Below the pieces are notes generated by a model. The model was given only the letters and a program-made list of their open reading frames with translations. It did not search any database and was not told the DNA's origin. Positions 1 through 8,567 of a stretch of DNA of 49,804 nt are shown piece by piece. Each line of letters begins with the position of its first letter. The first letter of the stretch is position 1. Source of the DNA: a virus (Duplodnaviria; Caudoviricetes); IMG/VR virus record IMGVR_UViG_3300023107_000003, positions 1 to 49,804 of that record, one strand, 5' to 3'. Both the position numbers and the translations under genes were made by a program.

Positions 1-1
1 A

Positions 2-271
2 GGCAACCACCGAGGGCCTCCCCTTCCAGGGCGTGAAGTACACGGCGACGGCCGGATCCGGGAGCTTCACCCGGCTGGCCGAGGCGTAGGGCATGCCGTC
101 GGCCTTCAGCGGCAGGTTGGTGCTGATCACGATGCCGCCGGCGCCCAGGGCCTTGAGCTCCTTGTGCACGCCGCCGATGGCCTGGCCGAAGGTGCACCGA
201 AAGGAAGCTGCCTTGCGCTGGGCCGTGCGCGGGTAGAAGCTCGGCCAGTCTAAAGGGTTGGCGCTGGGCAT
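2..271 (-). CDS. Phage protein of the family usually carrying a C-terminal DnaJ J-domain (partial; runs off the window start)
   Basis: Translated by hand: MPSANPLDWPSFYPRT...ELKALGAGGIVISTNLPLKADGMPYA...DPAVAVYFTPWKGRPSVVA, matching the PLxWP...ISTNxPL...DPxVAVYF N-terminus of this family; the J-domain itself is not visible. Confidence 0.65.
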   Translation of the reverse strand, partial: MPSANPLDWPSFYPRTAQRKAASFRCTFGQAIGGVHKELKALGAGGIVISTNLPLKADGMPYASASRVKLPDPAVAVYFTPWKGRPSVVA

Positions 272-486
272 AGAGCAGAGCTGGAGGCGATGTTAGAGTC
301 GTCCACCTCCCCCACCAGCGTGCCGGTGGCCTGGTCGAGGCGGTGCGAAGCATTAAGCACAGTCTGCTGCTGGCCCGCGCTGAGCGCAGGGTTCTTGCCC
401 AGACTACGGAGCGTGCCCACGGCTTCAGCCGAGGCCACGATCAGCGCCTGGAGCGCTTCGAAGCTGATGGTAACGTTGTGGGGCAT
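250..486 (-). CDS. Hypothetical protein, 78 aa
   Basis: ATG start, co-oriented, 22-nt overlap with the next gene. Confidence 0.5.
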   Translation of the reverse strand: MPHNVTISFEALQALIVASAEAVGTLRSLGKNPALSAGQQQTVLNASHRLDQATGTLVGEVDDSNIASSSALCPAPTL

Positions 487-688
487 GGCGCGTGCTGGTT
501 GGGAGTCGGGTACTCGGCACCTGGTCGAAAGGCACCGGCAGAGAACAGCCAGGAGGCAACGCGCAAGGCGCCGGCACGACCCGAAGGGGCCATAGAGTGC
601 CGGCGCGCCGGCAGGCAGTGGGGCGCTGCTGCCGGCAATAAGAATGGGTACATGGGCGTTGGTTGAAGCACCTGGCTGGATGCTGCAT

Positions 689-743
689 CAAATATAAGCC
701 TGTCTAAGTAATTATATAGCTAACTGGCCAATAAATTATTTCG
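689..743 (-). promoter_or_regulatory. Promoter/operator copy 1 (TATATTTG -7 box plus CTAnnTAATTAnnTAG palindrome)
   Basis: caaatata at 689-696 reads TATATTTG on the minus strand; 21-bp core tctaagtaattatatagctaa (703-723) is identical to 9482-9502. Confidence 0.7.
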
Positions 744-2042
744 GCGCCGCTTCGGTGGTTTTGGCACGCAGGCGGAGCACAGGTTCGGGCCTGCCCAACT
801 GCAGGGCTCATCCGTTCGCTCCACGCAGCCGGAGCAGTCCAGCTCGGTGCACCCGCAGCTGCTGCAGCGACCAGTAGGCCGCTCCTCCCCTTTCTCGCTC
901 TCCATGGGACTTTCGGGCGTCTGGTTGTACTCGCGGCCGTCGAGCAGCCGGCCGGCCGCGTGCTTGCCATATCGAGCCAGCACGGTGGAGCCACCGGAGC
1001 CGGCCTGGATAAACCACCCCCCTCCCTCGCCGGCATCATCCCGAAACGAGGGCAGCCCCACGCCGGCAACATCTACCCCCACCCAGTTGGCGCAGAGCCG
1101 GCGGGTCATACATTCCGAGTTGTAGGCCGCGGGCCCCCACTCCCCCCATTGCTTGAAGAAATAGGCTACCCCAGCCGCCTGGCACTGCTCGCGCAGGCTA
1201 CGAGCCCACGCCGGGTGCATCGGCCGCGCGTGGGCCCCGGACTCGCCACCGACGATTACCCAGTCGATGCCGCAATGCTTTGTCGGCGGCTTCCAGGCGC
1301 GGCCCTTGTACGAGCCCTTGTAGGTGCCGCAGCTCGCGCAGCCCCAATCCTTGCCGCTATTCACCTCCCGGGTCTTGGTGAAGGCAAAGCAGTTGTTGCA
1401 GTACGCCAGCGGCAGGTCGACCGGCCCGAGCAGCGGCTCGCAGCTCAGGAAGCGGATGGCGGCCGGCACGGCCAGCAGCTGCGGGATGCGCTCGTTGGCC
1501 ATATCCTGATTCTCCACGCTGGTGCCCAGCCAGAGGTTGGTGGGCGGGCAGCCGCGGCGCCAGCTCAGCAGCCAGGATCCTAGCTCGGTGCTGACCATCT
1601 CGGCCCCGACCGCCTCGATGGCGTGGTCGAGGGCGGGCAGGATGTTCTCGGGGCGCTTGGTAACGAATAGCCAGTCGAGCCAGGGCGTGCGGCGGACCAG
1701 ATCGAAGAGCTGCAGGCGCGGGGCGTGCAGATCGGGGCGGTCTTCGAACACGTCGGCAATGGAGGCGCAAAACACCTTGCGGCGGATACCGGCCACCTGG
1801 GCTTCGGCGTTCCAGCGCTCGGGCTTGAGCCAGTACTTGTGAGCGGCTATCACCCGGGCGCTGCCCGGCCCCCACTCTCCGAGGACGCTGGGGTTGCGCT
1901 TACTCTGCACTTCGGCATAGCAGAATTTGCAGCCGGGGGAGACTTTCTGGCATCCTCTCCAGGGATTAAAGCTATATCCTGGCAGTACGGTACCGTCGGG
2001 GCGGCGCGTTGCCGTCCATTCAATCGTGGTTAAATCGGCCAT
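720..2042 (-). CDS. DUF5131 / phage Gp37-Gp68 family protein (radical-SAM-like Cys triad) with extra Cys-rich modules
   Basis: TTIEWT, FNPWRGCQKVSPGCKFCYAE, VFCASIADVF, TKRPEN, WLGTSVENQ, RFLSCEPLLG, DWVIVGGESG and FFKQWG motifs. Confidence 0.9.
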   Translation of the reverse strand: MADLTTIEWTATRRPDGTVLPGYSFNPWRGCQKVSPGCKFCYAEVQSKRNPSVLGEWGPGSARVIAAHKYWLKPERWNAEAQVAGIRRKVFCASIADVFEDRPDLHAPRLQLFDLVRRTPWLDWLFVTKRPENILPALDHAIEAVGAEMVSTELGSWLLSWRRGCPPTNLWLGTSVENQDMANERIPQLLAVPAAIRFLSCEPLLGPVDLPLAYCNNCFAFTKTREVNSGKDWGCASCGTYKGSYKGRAWKPPTKHCGIDWVIVGGESGAHARPMHPAWARSLREQCQAAGVAYFFKQWGEWGPAAYNSECMTRRLCANWVGVDVAGVGLPSFRDDAGEGGGWFIQAGSGGSTVLARYGKHAAGRLLDGREYNQTPESPMESEKGEERPTGRCSSCGCTELDCSGCVERTDEPCSWAGPNLCSACVPKPPKRRRNNLLAS

Positions 2043-2125
2043 GGCTGTGGTCCGGGGGCGTTTAGGGGCGGCACCTGGGGCGGGCGCCGGTGGGGTGGAT
2101 TTTTTAAGAAAAAACGGCGCTGGGG

Positions 2126-2260
2126 TTAGCGCTTCTCGTCAGGAGCTGGTACCACGGGCCGAACGGCCCACGTGGCGGGACCGTCCGGGCCCCACGGCAT
2201 TGCGATGATGTAGAGCTCAGTTTCCGGCCATTCCGGAGGCGGCTCAGGTAGCACCTCCAT
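2126..2260 (-). CDS. Possible small protein, 44 aa (MEVLPEPPPEWPETELYII...)
   Basis: ATG 2 nt after the upstream stop; fills the gap; below the ORF-track cutoff. Confidence 0.3.
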   Translation of the reverse strand: MEVLPEPPPEWPETELYIIAMPWGPDGPATWAVRPVVPAPDEKR

Positions 2261-2262
2261 GC

Positions 2263-2970
2263 TCAGCGCGGGCCTACCAGGGTCGGATCAGGCTGGGGAA
2301 AGCCCACGGCCAGCGGCCGCCACAGGTGCAGGCAGTGCGGGTGCGCGTTCACGTAGTCCTGCTCGGCCGGGTGAAACTGCACGACGGCCGCCTGCTTGGG
2401 CCAGAACAGGTTTTTCACGTAGCACATCTCCTCCCACGTGGGCGTGCGCTGCAGGCCGGCGTCGAAGGGGCGCACGCTCACGTGCTCCCAGTAGGTGGTG
2501 GGGGCCTCTCCCCTACGCCGGGCCTGCTGGCCGTTGTCGGCAATGACCATGAAGAAAAAGCCGGATTTGAGGCCCTGGCGCGGCAGCACGAACACGCCGC
2601 CCGGGTCGCCGGCCTGGGTGATCATCCGCGGCGGCACGTAGCCGCGCAGCTTGCGCTCGTTGGTATCCAGGAACTCCTGCGTCATGCGGTAGGCCTCGGG
2701 CATGTGCATCAAGGGCTCGGGCTCCGCTGGCGCCGGCTCGAAACCAGCCTGCAGTATCTGGAGCATGGGCATGCCGGCCGGCAGCACGACCGAGTCGGTG
2801 CCGGCATCGGTGGCCACCAGCAGCGCCCGGGGCTCGTCGAGCTCCTGCAGGGCCACGATGGGGCCGCAGCTGAGCTCACTCAGGTAAAAGGCGGGCGTGC
2901 GGCTCCGGCGCTCGGCCGGAATAAGATCGAGCTGCTGAAAAAGCTGCTCCAGCGTTTCAAGGGCGGGCAT
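2263..2970 (-). CDS. Conserved phage hypothetical protein (WEHVSV...PTWEEMC...CLHLWRP family)
   Basis: C-terminal domain WEHVSV-RTPTWEEMCYVKNLFW-QFHP-YVNAHPHCLHLWRP is a recurrent phage family of unknown function. Confidence 0.75.
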   Translation of the reverse strand: MPALETLEQLFQQLDLIPAERRSRTPAFYLSELSCGPIVALQELDEPRALLVATDAGTDSVVLPAGMPMLQILQAGFEPAPAEPEPLMHMPEAYRMTQEFLDTNERKLRGYVPPRMITQAGDPGGVFVLPRQGLKSGFFFMVIADNGQQARRRGEAPTTYWEHVSVRPFDAGLQRTPTWEEMCYVKNLFWPKQAAVVQFHPAEQDYVNAHPHCLHLWRPLAVGFPQPDPTLVGPR

Positions 2971-2984
2971 GAAAACGGGGGTAA

Positions 2985-3386
2985 TTAGCGATTAGAAATA
3001 ACGGGGCGGGCGCAGTTGAGCAGCGCCCATTCCACCCAGTGCTTCAGCCAGACCAGGTAAGCCATGGGCTCGGCCGGCAGGTCGGCGCGGGCTTTCACCC
3101 AGGCCAGGTTGAGCTGCGCCTGGTGCTCAGCACGCAGGTCCACGGCCTGCCCTGCCGCGCAGAGCAGGCCGTAGCCCGGGTCGAAGAACAGCTCGCCCAG
3201 TCCCATCTTTTCAACCAAGGACTCCCAGTGCCGCGCGTCGATGGTGATTTCGTTCTGCAGCAGGTTTACGGCGCCGGGCTCTGTGGCCAGGGGGCCTGGC
3301 ACGCGGAACAGGCGCGCGCGGTCCTGCAGCATGTCTTCTTCGGTCACGTGCTGGTAGTACTCGCCGATGGTGATGGTCTGGATCAT
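2985..3386 (-). CDS. Hypothetical protein
   Basis: Likely start MIQTITIG at 3386, 7 nt after the upstream stop. Confidence 0.6.
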   Translation of the reverse strand: MIQTITIGEYYQHVTEEDMLQDRARLFRVPGPLATEPGAVNLLQNEITIDARHWESLVEKMGLGELFFDPGYGLLCAAGQAVDLRAEHQAQLNLAWVKARADLPAEPMAYLVWLKHWVEWALLNCARPVISNR

Positions 3387-3393
3387 GGGGCTA

Positions 3394-3777
3394 TTATTCG
3401 TCGGGTGTAGGGCGCTTGCAGTCGGGGTCGTTGGCCAGGGCATCCCCTAGCACCTGGTTGATGTAGCGCAGCAGTTTGCCGCGCCGGCCGGGCATGTAGT
3501 ACTCCTTGCGCTTGAGCATGCGCAGAATTTCCGGCGTCAGGTAAGTGGTATGCTTGAGGTACACCGGCTGCTCCTGCTGGGCCGCTGCCGGCGTGGGCAC
3601 CGGCGTGGTGGCCTTGCGCGGGGCGGCCGGCTTGCGGGGCGCAGCAGCGGCTGCCTTTACCGGAGCGGGTGCCGCAGCTGGCGTGGGCTCGGGCGCTGGA
3701 GCTGGAGCGGCGGCCGGCGTAGGCGGCACCAGGTCGGACAGGCTGAAGTTGGACTTCTTTGGCGAGGACGGTTTCAT
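3394..3777 (-). CDS. Small partition adaptor, ParG/Omega-like ribbon-helix-helix protein
   Basis: Overlaps the parA stop; disordered Pro/Ala-rich N-tail followed by beta-alpha-alpha pattern HTTYLTPEILRMLKRKEYY...LLRYINQVLGDAL. Confidence 0.65.
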   Translation of the reverse strand: MKPSSPKKSNFSLSDLVPPTPAAAPAPAPEPTPAAAPAPVKAAAAAPRKPAAPRKATTPVPTPAAAQQEQPVYLKHTTYLTPEILRMLKRKEYYMPGRRGKLLRYINQVLGDALANDPDCKRPTPDE

Positions 3778-4619
3778 AGGGCGGCGACCAGAGCTTCGGT
3801 GAGCACCTTGTAGTCAGCCACGGCATTGGAGCTGGCCTTGTAACGCAGGGCCAGCACCCCTTTTACCTGGGCGGCCTTCACCGTCACGTCTTCCCGAATC
3901 GAGGGCAACACGGCCTTCACGCCAAACACGGCTTCCACCGTACCGACGATGTAGTGGTCGAGTTCCCGGCGCTTGTTGGCGTTGTACTGCGTGAAAAAGA
4001 TACCCGCCAGCTTCAGTTTGGGATTGAGCTCAACCTGGATTCGGTCCGCCAAACGCTTCACCAGCTGCAGGCCGTCGAAGGAATATTTGTCGGGCAGGCA
4101 GGGAACGGCGTAGGCATCGGCCGCTACCAGAGCCATCTGGGTGATGGCGCCGACCGAGGGCGGGCAGTCCAAAATGATGTAGTCGTAGTCCGTGCGCAGG
4201 GGCTGGAGCTTCTCGGCCAGCAGCTGTTGGAAGCCGTCGAGCTGGTGGATTTCCTGCTCGTGGTCGGCCAGGTACAGGTAGGAAGGAATCAGGTGCAGGT
4301 ACAAGGGCTCCTCCCCTGCTGGCACCTGGGGATCCGGCAGCTTTTGGAGCACGTCGGCGGTGGCACTGGTTCCGAGCAGCCACTCCCCTACCGTATTTCG
4401 CTCAAATCCGGCCCGAAACAGGCCCGTGGTTGCATTCGCCTGGCCGTCGAGGTCCACGAGTAGCACCCGGTAGCCGGCGTGCGCCAGAGCGGCGGAAATG
4501 TTTAGGGCGCTGGAAGTCTTCCCAACGCCGCCTTTAAAATTGGTCAGGGCGATAACGCGCCCTTTGCCAGCCGTGCTGGCTTTACCCGCTTTGCGGGTAT
4601 TGCTGGGTTTGGTGGTCAT
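3774..4619 (-). CDS. parA: ParA/Soj family partition ATPase
   Basis: Deviant Walker A NFKGGVGKT, VLLVDLDGQAN, DYIILDCPPS; likely start MTTKPS at 4619. Confidence 0.93.
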   Translation of the reverse strand: MTTKPSNTRKAGKASTAGKGRVIALTNFKGGVGKTSSALNISAALAHAGYRVLLVDLDGQANATTGLFRAGFERNTVGEWLLGTSATADVLQKLPDPQVPAGEEPLYLHLIPSYLYLADHEQEIHQLDGFQQLLAEKLQPLRTDYDYIILDCPPSVGAITQMALVAADAYAVPCLPDKYSFDGLQLVKRLADRIQVELNPKLKLAGIFFTQYNANKRRELDHYIVGTVEAVFGVKAVLPSIREDVTVKAAQVKGVLALRYKASSNAVADYKVLTEALVAAL

Positions 4620-4888
4620 GCGGTGTTTGCTGGCTTTGCCGGTATGGCGGTGTATGTGGGGTTTGCTGGTTAAGCCCGCATTGTCTGTAATGCGGTCTAT
4701 ACTTGTATTGTGGGCAAATACCGTAAACACTGCAATGCGGTGTTTACGGTATTTGCGGTATTACACCGCAACGCTGGTCTGACGGGCTTTGCGGTGTTTG
4801 CCTGTAATGCTGGTCTTGCCCGTATTATCCGTAATGCGGTGTAAGTAGGCATCACGGGTAATGCGGGGCTTACGGGCTTAGCCCGTTT
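4574..4888. repeat. Array of ~35 degenerate 9-bp units; putative centromere (parS/parC)
   Basis: Units such as tgctggctt, tgcgggtat, tgcggtgtt and tgcctgtaa in constant 9-bp phase; inverted units give a perfect 17-bp-arm inverted repeat at 4714-4756. Confidence 0.75.
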
Positions 4889-5456
4889 TGTCCGCAAGAT
4901 AAGTAGGACTGGCTTGGATGATGTCGAGCAGGCGTTGCCACGCCTGCCGGTCCATATCGTGGCCCAACGGCAGCACCCCTTCGGAATCACTTTTGCGCAG
5001 GCTGCGGGCGAAGTCGTCGCGCTCGAAGGCACGCTCCAGCTGAAGCACGACGTAGGTGCGCACGGCCGGCAACAGATCCGGGGACTGCCAGGCCTTGCCC
5101 AGGTCCTGGGCGAAGCTGTCCACGCTGGCCGTCATCGCCCCACAGTAGTGATCGAACGCCCCGGCCACCAGGTCCATCTGACTGAAGTAGCGCAGCAGCC
5201 CGGAGCTCTGGCGGGCCTGGTCGTTCTCGTCGAGCATGGCCAGCAGCTGCGCGTCACTGGCCAGGCGCACCTGCCGGCGGAAGACCGTGACCCGGCGCTT
5301 ATCGTCGGCGCCCTTGCGCACCAGGTCCGCGGCATCCTGCAAGGCCTTGGGCGCCCGGCCGCTGGCCAGAAAGTTGCGCACGTCGGTGGTGCTCATCCCA
5401 AACTGCCGGGCCAGCGCCACGTAGGCCCCGCGTGGGAGCGTGTTGGGCCCTAACAT
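4878..5456 (-). CDS. Hypothetical protein with N-terminal HTH-like motif
   Basis: LPRGAYVALARQFGMSTTDVRNFLASGR is Cro/HTH-like; likely start MLGPN at 5456. Confidence 0.6.
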   Translation of the reverse strand: MLGPNTLPRGAYVALARQFGMSTTDVRNFLASGRAPKALQDAADLVRKGADDKRRVTVFRRQVRLASDAQLLAMLDENDQARQSSGLLRYFSQMDLVAGAFDHYCGAMTASVDSFAQDLGKAWQSPDLLPAVRTYVVLQLERAFERDDFARSLRKSDSEGVLPLGHDMDRQAWQRLLDIIQASPTYLADKTG

Positions 5457-5851
5457 GCCTGGTGGACCGGAAGCAGGGAATAGATCCGTTCGCTGCGAGC
5501 GCCGGCCCCCTGGGCCACGTCGACCGCATCGTAGGCCACCCACATCGTGGTTTTCTCCGGCAAGTCGAAGCCGATCATATCCGAAGGCAAGCCCGCCTCA
5601 TGCAGGGCGCGCAGCAGCAGCCCGTCGGGGCCCTGGTCCAGGCCGATACAAAGCCGGCGGGCCGTGGAGCGCGTCAGGGCCTGGTCGAGCATCTCTGCCA
5701 AAACCCGGCGAAAGGCAAGGGCTTCGTGCTCAAATACGCCTGAATGCCGACCAGACTCAATCATCCCTATTGGCTCGATTGTACGTAAACGGATTGCCCA
5801 CCAGTTCGCTGCAATCGAAATGTGGGTGGGGTTCTCTTGAAAGTTAATCAT
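5450..5851 (-). CDS. Phage hypothetical protein
   Basis: ATG start, overlaps the downstream gene by 7 nt. Confidence 0.6.
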   Translation of the reverse strand: MINFQENPTHISIAANWWAIRLRTIEPIGMIESGRHSGVFEHEALAFRRVLAEMLDQALTRSTARRLCIGLDQGPDGLLLRALHEAGLPSDMIGFDLPEKTTMWVAYDAVDVAQGAGARSERIYSLLPVHQAC

Positions 5852-5866
5852 GGGGAACTACCTTTG
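5837..5866 (+). promoter_or_regulatory. Consensus Bacteroidota housekeeping promoter on the plus strand
   Basis: TTG (5837-39), N19, TACCTTTG (5859-66). Confidence 0.7.
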
Positions 5867-5869
5867 TAA

Positions 5870-6051
5870 TGGTTGATGACTTAAAACCTGGCTGGGTTGG
5901 GTCCCGTAAGCGGGGCCGGGTCATGGCGAAGGATCATAGGCTCCACGGGCGTGGAGCCACATAAGTGCACCGGGCCAGGGGTGGTACCGGACATGGATCG
6001 CGCCAATCACCATGTAAGTGCCCGCTGCCTGGGGAGGTAGCGGGCACTTTT
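5870..6051 (+). ncRNA. Putative structured small RNA, ~180 nt with 5 hairpins
   Basis: Lies between a plus-strand promoter and a plus-strand terminator; hairpins at 5900-17, 5939-58, 5970-90, 5992-6014 and 6016-49; G-U wobbles form only on the plus strand. Confidence 0.55.
6016..6051 (+). terminator. Intrinsic terminator
   Basis: gtgcccgctgcct-gggg-aggtagcgggcac followed by tttt. Confidence 0.7.
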
Positions 6052-6054
6052 CGT

Positions 6055-7260
6055 TTAGGCCGCTTTGCGCAGCCGACGGCGCTGATCCTTCTGGGCCCGC
6101 TCAAGCACGTTATCCTCAAAGAAGCTCCTATCGCTGGCCATTCTGCGGCCGAGCACGTCGAGAATCTCGGCCAGCTCCCTCTCGGTGGCCAGGCTCAGCT
6201 CGCGCTCGTACCAGTGCTGGGCCAGTGACTCGGCTTCCTCCTGGGTGGGGGCGCGTTTTTCAGGGGCCACCGGCAGCTGCTGATCAGCAGCTGCCGGGGT
6301 AGGGGCGGGGTCCGGCTTGGGCACCGATACGGGCGCCGGCGCCGGCTTAGGCACTGATACGCGGGCCGGCACGCTGGCCACCTTGTCGGCCGTGCGGGCG
6401 GCTGGCATCTTCGGGGCCGATGGCGCGCGGTACACGCCGAGCTTTGAGGCTTTCTGGCGCAGAGTGGACACCTCAATGCCTAACGCATCGGCCAGCTGCC
6501 CCAGGTTCGCCGTGGGAAATTCCTGCCGGATCCGGTCAGCCATAATCTCCGCGCTCGTCCGCTCTGCAGTCGCCTTTGCCTCTTGCTCCGGCTCCAGGCG
6601 CATGATTACGGCCACCGTGGAGGGCTCGGGGGTCGGGGTTTCCGCGACGGGTTCGGGTTCGGTCGCCTTGGCTACCAGGGGCTGCGGGGCTTCCGCTTCG
6701 GGCTCAGTGGGCAGGGCTACTGCTGCGGCCGCCGGCTCCTGGGGCGCCAGCACGGCAGCTTCGGGCTCGCCCCCGGCAGCTGGTGCAGCTGACTCGAATT
6801 CCGCCGGCATCACTGGGGCCAGCGGCAGGCCCAGAGAGGCCGTATCGATGCCGTAGAGGCTCAGCCCCTGCAGCACGGCCGGCACAGTGCTCAGCGGCAG
6901 GGCCAGCGACTTGCGCGTTACCGGGACGTTGAATTGCGCCAGGAAGGCGCGCGCCGCCTCGGCGTGCATAAAGCCCAGGCCGTTGCCCTTCTTGCGGCCG
7001 TCCGTCCGCAGGCGCGCCGGCTTGCGGCCGTCCACGTCGCCGAAGTGGGCATACCAGCGCTTGGTGGCCTCGTCGCGCACCAGCTGCACGGGCTTACCCA
7101 GATCCAGGGCGAGCAGCTCCACGGTGCCGGTGTTGAAAAACAGCATGCCGGACCGGCTGATCGTGAACATGGGCACGTGCTTCGATGTCGGCGGCGTGCG
7201 GTCAAAAAAGGTGAGTTCCCGGCTCACTGGGGGAGCGGGAGGGGCGATTGGTGGGGCCAT
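6055..7260 (-). CDS. Multidomain Pro/Ala-rich protein with internal HTH
   Basis: TANLGQLADALGIEVSTLRQKASKLGV HTH flanked by low-complexity linkers; ATG at 7260 preferred over TTG at 7302. Confidence 0.65.
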   Translation of the reverse strand: MAPPIAPPAPPVSRELTFFDRTPPTSKHVPMFTISRSGMLFFNTGTVELLALDLGKPVQLVRDEATKRWYAHFGDVDGRKPARLRTDGRKKGNGLGFMHAEAARAFLAQFNVPVTRKSLALPLSTVPAVLQGLSLYGIDTASLGLPLAPVMPAEFESAAPAAGGEPEAAVLAPQEPAAAAVALPTEPEAEAPQPLVAKATEPEPVAETPTPEPSTVAVIMRLEPEQEAKATAERTSAEIMADRIRQEFPTANLGQLADALGIEVSTLRQKASKLGVYRAPSAPKMPAARTADKVASVPARVSVPKPAPAPVSVPKPDPAPTPAAADQQLPVAPEKRAPTQEEAESLAQHWYERELSLATERELAEILDVLGRRMASDRSFFEDNVLERAQKDQRRRLRKAA

Positions 7261-7299
7261 GTCTGGTGGCGTTAAAGTGAAAAAAGGCGCTATGCTGGA

Positions 7300-7340
7300 C
7301 AATACTACGGAATTGGCAATTAATTAGCCAATTAGCCAAT
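7300..7340 (-). promoter_or_regulatory. Putative promoter with TTGGCTAA tandem repeats
   Basis: AT-rich island; minus strand ttggctaattggctaattaattgccaa...TAGTATTG, one mismatch to TAnnTTTG. Confidence 0.45.
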
Positions 7341-7344
7341 AAAA

Positions 7345-7373
7345 TATACCCCGCCCAAGACGCGGCGGGGTAT
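7345..7373 (-). terminator. Hairpin / probable terminator
   Basis: ataccccgcc...ggcggggtat stem followed by atttt on the minus strand, just after the 7393 stop. Confidence 0.5.
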
Positions 7374-7392
7374 GCTTCCGGGTTTAGTACAG

Positions 7393-8532
7393 TTAGAGGC
7401 TCTGGTTTTGCAGCAAATCACCCGGCGGCCGTTGGGGCGGGTCACCTACCCGGGCGCGCCGCTCAATCTCCTGCAGCGCGTCGGCATCCGGAACGCCGCT
7501 ATACCAGTCTTCCGTATTGAGCAGGACGGCATTGATGGCCAGCACCCGGGCGGCGCCCTCCAGGCCCAGGCGCTCGGCCTGGTCGAAGGTCTGCTGCACG
7601 TAGTCGGCAAACTGCTTACTGGCCAGCGCCAGGCACGTGCCGGCAAAGGTCTTTACCTGCAGGATTTCCTCCTTCCGCTTGGTCGAGGTGCCGGCAATGG
7701 CCGCACGCTGGTAGTAGAAATGGTACGTGAGCTCGGGGGCCAGACCGCTGGCTTTACGGGTGCGGATCCAGCCGCCGAGCTGGTCGATCAGCTCGCTGGT
7801 CTTGCCGCGGTCCAGGGCCGGCACCTGCGGCGTAAACAGCTCCCGCTCCGCGTCGGTAATGAACGGGTCGCGCAGCTGCGCATAGACCGTGTCACGCTGC
7901 CGCTGGGTGCTGGCGCGGCCCTGCAGCGGATCCGGCAGGACCGGGCTACCATTTGGGGCCGGGGTGGCGGAGGGAGCCGCGGGAAGGCTTCCAGCGGCGG
8001 GCTCCTTTCCCGGTACCACGGCCGGGGTAGGGGCGGGCTGCTCGGCTGGCAGCTGGGCGCCCGGGTCATTGTAGCGCGTCAGGTCGAGCTCCTCGAAGTC
8101 CTTGCCCAGGTCCGGGTAGGGTAGATCATGGGGCCAGGGCCGCAGTCGGTGCAGCGCACTGAGCAGGGGCAGCGTGGTGTGGCCCAGATGCGTTTTGATC
8201 TCCACGTCGCTGAAGACAATCTGCAGATTGCCGCAGCTGTCGCTGGTATAGTCAGTTACAATCACGCCGGCGATAAAGCGCGGCCGCGCGTCCTGCAGGC
8301 TCAGCCCGTGGTAGGATCCTTTGCTGAATACGGCCCGGCCGATGGCCTGCTCCGCATCGCGGAGCAGGCCTTGTGCTTGGCCAACGGTGAGCAGCAGCTC
8401 GCGGGCCCGGTCCGGATCCAAGTGCTGGGGCAGGCTCTTGGTACCCTTCACGATGCTGCGGCTCAGCACCAGCAGCGGGGTGCGTTCCTCGTCGAGCGAG
8501 ATGCCCTGGGGAGTGGGGGAGGCTGAATTCAT
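7393..8532 (-). CDS. Hypothetical protein, 379 aa
   Basis: Long co-oriented ORF with ATG start. Confidence 0.7.
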   Translation of the reverse strand: MNSASPTPQGISLDEERTPLLVLSRSIVKGTKSLPQHLDPDRARELLLTVGQAQGLLRDAEQAIGRAVFSKGSYHGLSLQDARPRFIAGVIVTDYTSDSCGNLQIVFSDVEIKTHLGHTTLPLLSALHRLRPWPHDLPYPDLGKDFEELDLTRYNDPGAQLPAEQPAPTPAVVPGKEPAAGSLPAAPSATPAPNGSPVLPDPLQGRASTQRQRDTVYAQLRDPFITDAERELFTPQVPALDRGKTSELIDQLGGWIRTRKASGLAPELTYHFYYQRAAIAGTSTKRKEEILQVKTFAGTCLALASKQFADYVQQTFDQAERLGLEGAARVLAINAVLLNTEDWYSGVPDADALQEIERRARVGDPPQRPPGDLLQNQSL

Positions 8533-8567
8533 GGGGTCAGTGGGGTGGTAAGGCTGGAGTACTGGAC

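Noticed and set aside
4574-4888. CRISPR array or coding repeat (111-aa ORF 4697-5032; extended ParA N-terminus)
   Set aside because: There is no repeat-spacer structure; the 9-bp periodicity itself explains the open frames
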